The position numbers were made by a program, and so were the translations under genes. DNA of 64,000 nucleotides, taken from NCBI GenBank assembly GCA_034530615.2, contig JAVRCV020000073.1, forward strand, positions 128,001 through 192,000. Direction: 5' to 3'. Source of the stretch: Aulosira sp. ZfuVER01 (lineage in GTDB: Bacteria; Cyanobacteriota; Cyanobacteriia; Cyanobacteriales; Nostocaceae). Shown in pieces: positions 1 through 9,950 of this stretch (its first letter is position 1; each line of letters starts with the position of its first letter). The notes beneath the pieces are model-generated. The model saw only the letters and a program-made list of their open reading frames with translations, ran no database searches and had not been told where the DNA came from.

Positions 1-138
1 TATTAGTAAAATAACTTACTTTCCAGTCAGTAAAAATAATTATATAAGTGAATAAGAGATAGAAAATTTTAGAGCGTTTTTCTAGTTTGTAACAGCCGAT
101 TAACTTGATTGACGCCCTAAATTCAGCAGAGAAGAATT

Positions 139-198
139 ATTGACAATAATTCCTAATCCTTCTACTATACACAAGAGTAATTGCAAATAATTTGCAAC
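139..198. promoter_or_regulatory. two Fur-box-like palindromes
   Basis: ATTGACAATAATTCCTAAT (139-157, overlaps the -35) and perfect TTGCAAAT-A-ATTTGCAA (181-197); AT-rich 9-1-9 type. Confidence 0.6.
140..168 (+). promoter_or_regulatory. sigma70-type promoter of the multicopper oxidase operon
   Basis: TTGACA (140-145), 17-nt spacer, TACTAT (163-168), upstream of ATG at 232. Confidence 0.7.
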
Positions 199-231
199 TT
201 TTCATTGTAGCGCTAACCGTTATTTAATGTC

Positions 232-1227
232 ATGCCCAACAACTTAGCTCTCGGAAAAGAAACCCTTTGGAGCCGTCGTCAACTGCTGAAGCTAGGTCTA
301 TGTGGCGCTGGTGTGGCAGGAGTGGCAGCACTTTTACAGATGGCGAAATTCAAAAGTCATTCAATCGTCAAAGTGCCACCCCTGAAAATGGCAGCAGATG
401 AAGGTGTGGCTCAACCGATGAAGATGCTAAGAAATTTCGATTATGGGACGCTGAAAAAAGAAAATGGACGTACTATCAGAGAATTTACTTTGACTGCGGG
501 TACTTCTGTAATTCAGCTTAATAGCGCTGTCTCTTACAATATCTGGGATTTAAACGGTCACATACCAGGGCCGACACTCAGAGTAAAACAGGGCGAACGG
601 GTACGGATACTATTTCTCAATAAGGCAGGACATTCTCACTCTTTACATTTTCACGGCATTCATTCATCAGATATGGATGGTATTCGCCCAGTCAGTAATG
701 GTAGTGCCACAATCTATGAATTTGACGCTGAACCTTACGGCGTTCACTTGTATCACTGCCATATTGAACCCGTTACCCGTCATATTGCGAAGGGGCTATA
801 CGGGATGTTTATCATCGATCCGCCAACTCCCCGTCCGCCCGCTGATGAGATTGTACTAGTGATGGCTGGGTATGACGTGAATGACGATAGCCACAATGAA
901 TATTACGCTTTCAATGGACTGCCTCACCACTACATGGACAATCCCATCCGAATTTACAAGGATCAGTTAATTCGGCTGTATGTCCTAAATATTATTGAAT
1001 ACGATCCGGCAGTGACATTTCACCTTCATGCCAACTTCTTTGATGTTTATCGCACAGGGATGACTATGACTCCTAGCGAGAAGGCTGATGTCATTACGAT
1101 GGGTGTAGCAGAAAGGCACATCTTGGAATTTGCGTTTCGCTATCCAGGTAAGTATATGTTTCATCCCCATCAAGATGCGATCGCAGAACATGGTTGCATG
1201 GGTGTATTTGAAGTCATGAATGCATGA
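232..1227 (+). CDS. Tat-exported two-domain multicopper oxidase
   Basis: SRRQLLK twin-arginine signal; Cu motifs HSLHFHG, YHCHIEPVTRHIAKGL, FHLH, FHPH. Confidence 0.9.
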   Translation: MPNNLALGKETLWSRRQLLKLGLCGAGVAGVAALLQMAKFKSHSIVKVPPLKMAADEGVAQPMKMLRNFDYGTLKKENGRTIREFTLTAGTSVIQLNSAVSYNIWDLNGHIPGPTLRVKQGERVRILFLNKAGHSHSLHFHGIHSSDMDGIRPVSNGSATIYEFDAEPYGVHLYHCHIEPVTRHIAKGLYGMFIIDPPTPRPPADEIVLVMAGYDVNDDSHNEYYAFNGLPHHYMDNPIRIYKDQLIRLYVLNIIEYDPAVTFHLHANFFDVYRTGMTMTPSEKADVITMGVAERHILEFAFRYPGKYMFHPHQDAIAEHGCMGVFEVMNA

Positions 1228-1261
1228 TTTGTCTATTTGTGATGAGACTTTGAATTTTTAA

Positions 1262-1903
1262 TTGCTTGGTAGTTTTGTTATGGCGCTAGACTCACAAGTT
1301 GATTCCGTTTCCGGCCCTTTTCCTAGACAGTTTGATATCGCCAAGGTTGCTGTTTATGGATTAAGCATTTTGTCTGCGGGAATGTTTTTATTTTTACCCT
1401 TCATTAATCTATTGCATCCTAGTCCTTGGCAACGATGGCTAGGAACAATACATGGCTTTGGGGCATTACTCGCCACAGTAGTTACTGTGTATACCGGGCA
1501 TTTAGCCTTTCCCTTACTACGGGGAGTCGGTCAAATTTTGCCTCAGATGCGTACCTTAACATTTTGGTCAAGTGCGATCGCTTTTTTGGGGATAGCCACT
1601 GGTAACTTAGCATATATGCGCTACCGTGCAGGCGCAGAAGTTGGTGGTGCTAGAGCTTGGCTAAAAGAAAATTCGCCTTTAGCACATTATATTTTCATGG
1701 AATACCACGAATTTAGCGTACTTTTTACCTTGCCATTAGGAGTAGCTTGTACCTGGATTTTGTGGAAGTATGGTGACTCAATTTTAGAAAAGCAAAATCG
1801 TCCTCTGCTCACAGGTACTTGTGTGGCTTTAATGGCAATGATGTTTTTTGCTATGGGTGGATTGGTTAGTGGAATTGGTGTTGCTAAAATCCATGCTTTG
1901 TAA
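1262..1903 (+). CDS. integral membrane protein, unknown function (start probably ATG 1280)
   Basis: about 5 hydrophobic helices with intramembrane His residues; closely follows the MCO gene. Confidence 0.8.
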   Translation: MLGSFVMALDSQVDSVSGPFPRQFDIAKVAVYGLSILSAGMFLFLPFINLLHPSPWQRWLGTIHGFGALLATVVTVYTGHLAFPLLRGVGQILPQMRTLTFWSSAIAFLGIATGNLAYMRYRAGAEVGGARAWLKENSPLAHYIFMEYHEFSVLFTLPLGVACTWILWKYGDSILEKQNRPLLTGTCVALMAMMFFAMGGLVSGIGVAKIHAL

Positions 1904-1925
1904 TTAAACTTTCGAGCTTGCAGAA

Positions 1926-2405
1926 ATGTCTCAACAACTAAATCGCACATCTGAATTAGAACTAGTATCTGAACCTTTATATGTTCGCTTGTGGAAGGGA
2001 ATAAAGAGATTTCCTCAAGGATTAGCGGCAGGTTCAAAAAATCCGCCAAATGTTTCTGGACCCGGTGCAGCAGCTTTAATTAGCCCAGGAATTGGATGTT
2101 TTCTCATGATGGTTGCACATCATTTTTCAGATACATCCAAACACATAGAAAAAACAGTTTGGTTACTTGGAAGTTGGATACCAGGAAGCCATCTCAAGCA
2201 TAAATTTTGGGGAAATATTGGCAGTTATTCGGGAAAAGAAACAGTGCTGTTGCTGGGTTGGCTCATTAGTTGGGCTATTCTTTCTGTTCTCTGGAAGCAT
2301 AAAAAAATTACATCTAGAACAATATTCTTTTGGATGTTTAGCTTACTGATTGCAGCCACTACGATGATCTGGCATCCGTTATTTCCCTATTTACCCTTGA
2401 GCTAA
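1926..2405 (+). CDS. integral membrane protein, unknown function
   Basis: 3 hydrophobic segments; GNIGSYSGKE loop; 22 nt after the previous stop. Confidence 0.8.
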   Translation: MSQQLNRTSELELVSEPLYVRLWKGIKRFPQGLAAGSKNPPNVSGPGAAALISPGIGCFLMMVAHHFSDTSKHIEKTVWLLGSWIPGSHLKHKFWGNIGSYSGKETVLLLGWLISWAILSVLWKHKKITSRTIFFWMFSLLIAATTMIWHPLFPYLPLS

Positions 2406-2430
2406 TCAAAAGTTAGGAAGAATTTAAGTT

Positions 2431-2625
2431 ATGGAAAGAGAAACAATCCGCCTTTCTAGCCAAGTGATGCACAAATATATTTGGATATTAGTAGGGATTT
2501 TTACTTTATTAGTCGCTACCTATCCTACAGCTATAATTCGGGTTAGCCAAAAGCCTAAGTTTCAAGGTTATCACGTCAAATCTTTGCAAATAGACGGCAA
2601 AATTAGCAGTGATTCTGTAAAGTAA
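2431..2625 (+). CDS. small single-TM hypothetical protein
   Basis: 64-aa ORF with one TM segment, AGGA upstream, same orientation as the operon. Confidence 0.5.
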   Translation: MERETIRLSSQVMHKYIWILVGIFTLLVATYPTAIIRVSQKPKFQGYHVKSLQIDGKISSDSVK

Positions 2626-2726
2626 AGACCCCATACAGTATCAATACAGATAGCCGCAATGGAGTCTAATTAGTTTTTCTTGTTGTTTCATGTTAACATT
2701 CCCAGACTCTTACCTGGGAATAAGAA

Positions 2727-4151
2727 TTAATTGAGCAATTTTTTAATATCACCGTAGGCGCGGTAGAAACCTCCACTAGCTGACTCGCGGATTTCTTCAA
2801 CAAGATAACGCTGTCCCTCTTGGCGAATATCTTTAGGAAACTGCACTTTCCAGTTGGCGTTATATCCTGGCGAAACAACTCTCATCCTCAGTTTATTTCC
2901 CTCCCGGAAACACTCAACAATTACTCCTTGGCTGGTGTCTGTTGTAGTTTCCACAACTGCGGAGGGTGCTGCGCCTTCTCCTGCTGGTGCCTTAATAATA
3001 GCTGCTTGGGGGATTGTGCCCACTTGGGCGGCTTGGATAGCAACGTCATTAGTATCTATACAAGCTAGAGAGCCATCGGTAGTGACAATATAGATGCGAT
3101 TCTCAAAAAATTGCATAGATAAAGCTGAACCGCAACCAGTTCCAAGTTTCCAGAGGCGTTCTCCTGATTTGTTAAAGCAGTAAATCGAAGAACTATTATC
3201 ACCAGCAAATACATACTTCCCATCTAAGGCTGTAGCACAAGAGTAGACAGCCGCATCGCATTTGTATACTGGGCCAGCCTCACCCTTCTTGCTAAAGCAG
3301 TAAATCTTTTGGTCGCTTGCACCCGCATAAACAGCTGATGCTTCTTGCCAACCAAATAGTACACCGCCGCCAGTTTTTTGATGCCAAAGCATCCGGCCTT
3401 CTTTGGTATCATACATAGTCACACCTTGACTATGACCGTGATAGATACCAACTTCGTCACAACGTACCATCCAGCCAGAATTACCTTGACTTAAACGAGT
3501 CCACTGTGACTCATCATCATGATCGATGGTAGTGACACCACCGTTTGCATCGGAAACTGCTAATAAACCGTTGTTAATATCAAGCCAGAAAATATCAACA
3601 TTTTCATCAATCTCGTAGGCAATACGTGGTAGTTTGCCTGTGAGGTCGTAGACGTTGCCGTTATCGCAGCCAGCATAAATCCAAATATCATCAGCAACTA
3701 AACATTTAACCCCATCGGGCAGCTTAAACCGATTGATAACTTGACCTTGGTGATTTAGCGCAAACACTTGACCATCTTGATTCCCCACCCAGCAGCGATC
3801 GCTATCAACAAAAATTCCAAAGGCAGCGGAATTAGAGTTGAATTTCCAAAGAATTGGAGCTTGTTTTGCTGTCGATATTGTACTTGTGACTGCGCGTCGG
3901 GTAACGGCACGCTTCTGACGCACGCCCATGACTGCGTGTTCGTAACCTTTTGCCAGTTTTTCTTTGATTTTCTTGTTCGCGTCTGCTTTAGCTTTGTCTG
4001 GGGTAGGGTAAGTTTTAGTTTGAGTTTGTCCTGCGTCACCAATGCGACCATAGCGGATGGTTACTTGCGTATCTTTGACGATGACTTCATAAAATTTATG
4101 AGAGCCGCCACTCGTTTCGGAAAGCTCTAGGTAGGTTTTTTCTTCAGTCAT
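2727..4151 (-). CDS. WGR-domain protein with PQQ/WD40-like beta-propeller
   Basis: N-terminal SHKFYEV...IRYGRIG WGR motif followed by repeated propeller-like blades. Confidence 0.85.
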   Translation of the reverse strand: MTEEKTYLELSETSGGSHKFYEVIVKDTQVTIRYGRIGDAGQTQTKTYPTPDKAKADANKKIKEKLAKGYEHAVMGVRQKRAVTRRAVTSTISTAKQAPILWKFNSNSAAFGIFVDSDRCWVGNQDGQVFALNHQGQVINRFKLPDGVKCLVADDIWIYAGCDNGNVYDLTGKLPRIAYEIDENVDIFWLDINNGLLAVSDANGGVTTIDHDDESQWTRLSQGNSGWMVRCDEVGIYHGHSQGVTMYDTKEGRMLWHQKTGGGVLFGWQEASAVYAGASDQKIYCFSKKGEAGPVYKCDAAVYSCATALDGKYVFAGDNSSSIYCFNKSGERLWKLGTGCGSALSMQFFENRIYIVTTDGSLACIDTNDVAIQAAQVGTIPQAAIIKAPAGEGAAPSAVVETTTDTSQGVIVECFREGNKLRMRVVSPGYNANWKVQFPKDIRQEGQRYLVEEIRESASGGFYRAYGDIKKLLN

Positions 4152-4284
4152 GAGAGTTTCTCGTTAAAACAAAATTAATATGTTTAAATTCTTACTTTGT
4201 TCTAACTGCTACTTCAATTAAATGTCGAACGATGAAGAGGACATTGGGACGTGGAGAACACCATAACTAAAAATATCGACAGCG

Positions 4285-4316
4285 AAACCCAACAAGGCCT
4301 GAGAAATGTTGGGTTT
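4285..4316. repeat. inverted repeat (REP-like remnant), possible terminator of the glutaminase gene
   Basis: AAACCCAACA ... TGTTGGGTTT immediately downstream of the glsA stop. Confidence 0.5.
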
Positions 4317-4327
4317 TGTTCCTCCCT

Positions 4328-5335
4328 TTAAATACTGTTCAACTTCCCCTCAGTTTCCTGACATCCAAACTTCGAGCTTTTACCCGAACACTCAAATAGA
4401 TGTAACCCTAGCTGCTGGGACAATTCTTCGCATACTTTAACCCCCCGCACGCTGTTACCACGTCTATCCAACGGTGGCGAAAAGACTGCAATTCCCATCT
4501 GATGCGGGACAACAGCCATAATTCCGCCACAAACGCCGCTTTTCGCAGGAATACCGATTTTGTATGCCCATTCACCAGCAAAGTTATACATCCCGCAAGT
4601 GTACATGACACTCAAAATGTCTTTAATGTAACTTTTCTTTACTGCTTGTTCCTGGGTAATTGGGTTGATACCTTTATTGGCTAAAGTTGCTGCCATGACT
4701 GCCAAGTCACGACAATTTACCATGACCGCACACTGCTGGAAGTATAGATCTAAGGACTCTTCAATATTCTGGTCAATCATGCCAAAGTTGAGCATGAGAT
4801 GTGCCATTGCGCGGTTGCGATGTCCTGTACTGCGTTCTGAAGTGAATACAGAAATATCAACGAATACATCATGACCGATGTATCGTTTAAACATATCTAG
4901 CATCCGATTGAGGCGTTCGGTAGCACCTGCACCTTTGATTAAACTAGTGGTAGCGATCGCCCCGGCATTTACCATTGGGTTTAATGGTCGATTTGATTGT
5001 TCATCAAGGATAATGGCGTTGAATGCATCTCCTGTCGGTTCTACGCCAACTCTGGTCAATACATAATCTCTTCCATGATCCTCAAGGGCCAGTCCGTATG
5101 CAAATACCTTGGAAATCGACTGTATGGTAAATAGTTGCTCAAAATCCCCAACTTCGTAAATCTGACCATCTACGGTAACAATGCAGATGCTAAACAAGTC
5201 GGGATTTACCTTTGCCAATTCTGGAATGTAGTTTGCTACTACACCTTCTTTGAGTGACTGGTACTTGTCATGCAAGTCCTTGAGAACATCTAGATAGGAC
5301 AATGGAACTGTTTCTAAATCTCCTTGGGTGGCCAT
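4328..5335 (-). CDS. glsA: glutaminase A
   Basis: [14 protein letters not shown] (catalytic S-x-x-K), [21 protein letters not shown] at 5335 preferred over 5374. Confidence 0.93.
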   Translation of the reverse strand: MATQGDLETVPLSYLDVLKDLHDKYQSLKEGVVANYIPELAKVNPDLFSICIVTVDGQIYEVGDFEQLFTIQSISKVFAYGLALEDHGRDYVLTRVGVEPTGDAFNAIILDEQSNRPLNPMVNAGAIATTSLIKGAGATERLNRMLDMFKRYIGHDVFVDISVFTSERSTGHRNRAMAHLMLNFGMIDQNIEESLDLYFQQCAVMVNCRDLAVMAATLANKGINPITQEQAVKKSYIKDILSVMYTCGMYNFAGEWAYKIGIPAKSGVCGGIMAVVPHQMGIAVFSPPLDRRGNSVRGVKVCEELSQQLGLHLFECSGKSSKFGCQETEGKLNSI

Positions 5336-5474
5336 GAGGCTTACAGCTTGCTCTAAAAAATCATACTCGCTCAACTACTGTAAGCAGAAATGTGATTCTA
5401 TTTTCTCAATTGGCAAAATAATCTACACGTAGTTATCAATTTTGTGTTATTTATCTTGATGTATTTTCTTTACC

Positions 5475-5490
5475 TGTAAAAAATATTACA
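5475..5490. promoter_or_regulatory. NtcA-type site
   Basis: TGTA-AAAAATAT-TACA matches GTA-N8-TAC upstream of glutaminase. Confidence 0.5.
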
Positions 5491-5650
5491 TACTGTTACT
5501 TCACTGATTAGTCCATATTAATACGGTTAATTTAAGTAATTTATATAACTATTACTTAACTGATGTCGAGTTATGATTCCTATTTTAAATGTAGCAATCG
5601 TAACTTTATAAAGTTTTGTCAAGTTTATGTTATTTTTATAATTAAAAAGC

Positions 5651-5666
5651 TGTAACTCTTGTTACA
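5651..5666. promoter_or_regulatory. NtcA-type site
   Basis: TGTA-ACTCTTGT-TACA matches GTA-N8-TAC in the glsA/rlpA divergent region. Confidence 0.5.
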
Positions 5667-6152
5667 GAATAATTAAAAAGAAAGATAAAGATTTAATCAA
5701 GTGAGTCTTTTTCAGTATTTATTCGCAATTTATAATTCATAAAGTTATTAATTTTTTGAATTTTATATAGTCAAATATTGGGCAATAAAAATTTACCAGC
5801 AGGGTAAATATTTGGGCATTTCTTTGCAGTTGACTGACTCAATTTCATACCCCGAAAATGTTAATTTTTCATAAGAAAAGTTTTACTTATCAAAAAAAAC
5901 GTTACACAGTTGAAATCCGCATTTGAGAAAGGTTTGAGCCTTGAAAACAGAATTAAAATTTGCTAAAGTTACCAAGACTTACGCTAAAACCCTGATCCCC
6001 AAGCTCAAAGGTTCGTGTTAGTCTGTTGCAGTTATGAACAAAAAAGTGAAAGCGGAACGAGTTCGAGTTGTAGGGGTACTCACTTTTCTCAGTGGTGCAA
6101 AATCCCACGAACCGTAAAACTTCTGTTCTACAGTCGCTTTAAAATCGGACGC

Positions 6153-7256
6153 ATGAATCAAAGACATTTGTGGACTATTGTCGCCCTGTTTCTGACTGTT
6201 TTAGGGATGCCCTCAGTCGGTCGCACTCAAACTAACAAGGGAACTGCGCTTGCTTCCCAACCATCGCCAGCAGGTGATGTTGTCAAAGTAGGAGAGTATC
6301 AATCCCCAGCAGGGAAGCCGACCTCTGATGTTGCGATCGCAGAAATTCATTCGCACAGCATTCAAGGTCGTCAGGCGGCAACCCTTTTTATCCGAAATAT
6401 TCCTGTTCTTACCTTTTTGAGTTCTTTACCATCAGCTAGTGCTGATAGTAAGGTCGGCGTAATTGGTAACTCTGGGGGCGTGCAAATGTACGCCCCTCTT
6501 GCTAGCAATGCAACCAAGGTGGCAAGCATTGGAAACATCTCGGATGTAAGTAACCAAATTACTGCGGCTCAAAATGACCCGGTACAAAAAGCTGGTGTAA
6601 TAGCAGCGAAAATCAACCAGCTGGTTCGGGACAATGTAGACGCCAGCCAGATTAGTGTGAGCTGGAAAGGAGGCGGCGAAGCGAAAGTTGCCAATCAAGA
6701 CCAAAATAAAGCTGCTTCCTCCCAGCAAAAAGGCGATCGCTATACGATCAAGCTAAATGGCGAAGAATTGGTGGAAATCAACGAAAATACCCGACTAGCA
6801 AATCCCACCAACGATCTGGCACAAGATGCGTTGCAAGCGACTAATCGGATGCGCAGACTTATCGGCAATGCAGCCCCCATCAAGGAGATTTCTAATTTAC
6901 CAGTTCGTTCCCCCTTATCGGTACCAAAGTTGCCACAACAAGTTGCCATTGGTCCAGTACGAATTACACTCCGTGGCATGGCTTCCTGGTATGGTTATGA
7001 TGGTTCTGGCAGCCGCACTGCCAGTGGCAAGAGATTTCATCCAGAAGGCATGACTGCCGCCCATCGTAGCTTACCCTTTGGCACAAGAGTTCGTGTAACT
7101 AACACCAACAATGGTCGTTCTGTAGTGGTGTCTATTACTGACCGAGGCCCGTACATTCGGGGTCGTATCCTTGACCTTTCTGCTGGAGCGGCTCGGATTT
7201 TAGGAATGATGGGCAGTGGCGTTGCGCCAGTGAGGATTGAAGTCTTAGGCAGATAA
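6153..7256 (+). CDS. rlpA: septal ring lytic transglycosylase RlpA family protein
   Basis: signal peptide from MNQRHLW; C-terminal GMASWYG, TAAHRSLPFGT, DRGP, DLS double-psi beta-barrel motifs. Confidence 0.9.
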   Translation: MNQRHLWTIVALFLTVLGMPSVGRTQTNKGTALASQPSPAGDVVKVGEYQSPAGKPTSDVAIAEIHSHSIQGRQAATLFIRNIPVLTFLSSLPSASADSKVGVIGNSGGVQMYAPLASNATKVASIGNISDVSNQITAAQNDPVQKAGVIAAKINQLVRDNVDASQISVSWKGGGEAKVANQDQNKAASSQQKGDRYTIKLNGEELVEINENTRLANPTNDLAQDALQATNRMRRLIGNAAPIKEISNLPVRSPLSVPKLPQQVAIGPVRITLRGMASWYGYDGSGSRTASGKRFHPEGMTAAHRSLPFGTRVRVTNTNNGRSVVVSITDRGPYIRGRILDLSAGAARILGMMGSGVAPVRIEVLGR

Positions 7257-7438
7257 AGACAATTTTCACTGCTGACAGTTGATATTCAAGCTTCAACTGT
7301 CTATTTCCTCCCCGCTTTCAAATCCCTACGCTCTAGTTTTCATTCGCTATCACTTAAATTCCCCTAGTTAAACATTTCTTCCCCCTATTTCAGATATAAA
7401 CTAACGGGGGAGGGATCAAGAAAAACTAGGGGTATTTT

Positions 7439-9055
7439 GTGCGCCTGCTCACAACAGTCGCAGCTTTAAGCTGCTATTTAACTAAACGCCGCTCGGAAAA
7501 CAAGTGTGCGGTTCTAGAAGATGTGGTACTAGATGAGATGACTAGCTGGGATCAAACCGCTGTCGGTTTAGTACCGACAATGGGAGGGTTACATGAAGGT
7601 CATTTAAGCTTGATTCAACGAGCTAGGCAAGAAAATTCTACGGTGATTGTCACTATTTTCGTCAATCCCCTGCAATTTTCGCCAAATGAAGATTTTCAAC
7701 GCTACCCCCGGACTTTAGAGCTAGATATGCAACTGTGCGAACAAGCTGGGGTAGACCTAATTTTTGCGCCCACTCCGGAAGAAATGGGAGTTCCGCAGAA
7801 GAGTATACAAGAAGCGAAGGTTACACAAGTAATCCCTCCATCTGCTATGATAACAGGCTTGTGTGGTGGGTCTCGGCAAGGACATTTCCAAGGTGTGGCC
7901 ACGATTGTGACCAAGCTTTTCAACTTGGTACAGCCTGACCGAGCCTACTTCGGGCAAAAGGATGGTCAGCAACTAGCAATTATTAAACGCTTGGTGGCTG
8001 ATTTGAATTTTCCCGTAGAAATTGTTGCTTGTCCAACGGTGCGGGAAACCTCTGGTCTGGCCTTAAGTTCTCGCAATCAATATTTGACTGCAACGGAAAA
8101 AGAACAGGCTGCGGTGTTGTATCGCGGCTTGCAGCAAGCTGAAGCTATTTTCAAGTCAGGAGTTCGCGACAGCAAAGAGCTGATCGCAGCAGTGCAGCAA
8201 GAAGTAGCAATGGTCAGTAATGTCTTAGTGGAATATATTGAATTGGTTGAGCCGACTACATTAATGTCTTTAGTAAAAGTTCAGGAGGAAGGAATGCTCG
8301 CGATCGCAGCTCGTCTTGGTTCTACACGTTTGATTGACAATATTCTCTTGTGCGATCGCCTACCAATCATCGCCATTGATGGCCCAGCTGGTGCTGGAAA
8401 ATCGACAGTGGCTCGTCTAGTAGCGAATAAGCTAGGTCTAGTGTATTTAGACACCGGATCTATGTATCGTGCTGTTACTTGGCTGGTGCTGCAACAGGGT
8501 ATTGCCATTGACGATGAGTGTGCGATCGCTGAATTAGCCAACTCTTGCGAAATTCAACTCACTCCCGGACAGGATTTACAATCTCCCGTGCAGGTTTGGA
8601 TTAATAATACTAATGTGACTCAAGAAATTAGGACTATTGAAGTCACATCTAACGTATCGGCGATCGCAGCCCAAAGCGCTGTACGTAAAGCCTTGGTAAA
8701 ACAACAGCAAAGCTGGGGTAAAAGAGGTGGTTTAGTAGCTGAAGGCAGAGACATTGGCACTCATGTATTCCCCGATGCTGAAGTAAAAATCTTCTTAACT
8801 GCCTCTGTTAGCGAACGTGCCCGCCGCCGACAGCAAGACTTTAAAAAACAAAATCAGCCTGAAGTTAGTCTAGAGCAGCTGGAACGGGATATTGCCGAAC
8901 GCGACTGGAAAGATAGCACGCGCAAAGTTTCACCCTTACAAAAAGCAGCAGATGCGATTGAAATTCAAACCGATGGTCTCAACGTATCTGAAGTCACAGA
9001 AAAAATCGTTAGCTATTGCCAACAGCAGTTACAAGAGCTGTTATCTCAATGGTAA
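7439..9055 (+). CDS. panC-cmk: bifunctional pantoate--beta-alanine ligase / cytidylate kinase
   Basis: VPTMGGLHEGH, FGQKD, LALSSRN, RLIDN, then IAIDGPAGAGKST, EGRDIG. Confidence 0.95.
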   Translation: MRLLTTVAALSCYLTKRRSENKCAVLEDVVLDEMTSWDQTAVGLVPTMGGLHEGHLSLIQRARQENSTVIVTIFVNPLQFSPNEDFQRYPRTLELDMQLCEQAGVDLIFAPTPEEMGVPQKSIQEAKVTQVIPPSAMITGLCGGSRQGHFQGVATIVTKLFNLVQPDRAYFGQKDGQQLAIIKRLVADLNFPVEIVACPTVRETSGLALSSRNQYLTATEKEQAAVLYRGLQQAEAIFKSGVRDSKELIAAVQQEVAMVSNVLVEYIELVEPTTLMSLVKVQEEGMLAIAARLGSTRLIDNILLCDRLPIIAIDGPAGAGKSTVARLVANKLGLVYLDTGSMYRAVTWLVLQQGIAIDDECAIAELANSCEIQLTPGQDLQSPVQVWINNTNVTQEIRTIEVTSNVSAIAAQSAVRKALVKQQQSWGKRGGLVAEGRDIGTHVFPDAEVKIFLTASVSERARRRQQDFKKQNQPEVSLEQLERDIAERDWKDSTRKVSPLQKAADAIEIQTDGLNVSEVTEKIVSYCQQQLQELLSQW

Positions 9056-9339
9056 TAACTGTACTTTGCTGTTAATTGCTGACTTGATGTACACAGGTGA
9101 GTGATCTAGCACCCACTCACCATTGTGAAAATCTAGAAATCAAAAGACTTTACTGAAGATAAATTTGCAGTTGATTATATTTAAGTTTAAAGTGGCTGCT
9201 GCGCGTATTTAATTATTTATTCATTTTGCAATTAATTCATCTAGCTAAAGACAGATTTTAAATAATTTAATTACTCCTACCTGGGTTAGAAGTTTTGTAG
9301 CTCAGAATTTTAGCTAAATAGGTAGTGAGAAATAAAATC

Positions 9340-9457
9340 AGGGCTTACGCAACTGGTACATATATCTTGCGTTATGAGACTCAAGATTCAAGAGTCAAAA
9401 ATTGGATTGACTCTAGGCAACCTCTGCGAAAAAAAATCTGACACTTGCGTGATTCCT
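9340..9457. mobile_element. degenerate MITE-like element
   Basis: imperfect terminal inverted repeats AGGGCTTACGCAA / TTGCGTGATTCCT, 118 bp, intergenic. Confidence 0.5.
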
Positions 9458-9553
9458 AAAAATTTAAAAAATGCTTAAAAAATTCATTATCCATACTTTC
9501 TGTTATCCCTTCCTGTTAAGAAGAGGTTAAAAGCTAGACCCCCACAAGCATAG

Positions 9554-9600
9554 GCGAAGCCCTAGCCCTTCCGCATAGCGTCTCGCAGAGAAGGCATCGC
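9554..9600. repeat. small dispersed repeat-like insertion interrupting a HIP1 site
   Basis: GCGA...[GC-rich 39 nt with TCTC-GCA-GAGA hairpin]...TCGC in AT-rich context. Confidence 0.45.
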
Positions 9601-9950
9601 CCACAACCAGGGCATGAAAATTTTTTTCTCGGTTCCCTGTTCCCCATTTTCAAGTTAGAACACAGAGATGCTACAAATTAAGAGGTTTTTGAATTAGGCG
9701 AAAACTTGCCAAGATGATTTCCTGACCTAGCAAAATTTTCTCGAATAATTTTGGAATTCCCCATACGGCTACTAGGGATTTAACTAATTCAAAAAGTCCA
9801 GTGTTTTAATCTTCACTTTGGTAGTAAAATGTCTATGTTAAGTTTTATATTCCTCTATTAAGGATATAAAACTTTTCAAATAAAACCTGTAATTTCCTAA
9901 GCTTCTGAATAGCTTTAAACTGGAAAACGGTAAAGAGAGGATTTCACACA

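Noticed and set aside
6015..6152. N-terminal extensions in the ORF track (also at 14342, 18876, 32895, 46229 and 63378)
   Set aside because: Downstream ATGs fit family N-termini and/or have an RBS; the extensions run through UTRs or repeats
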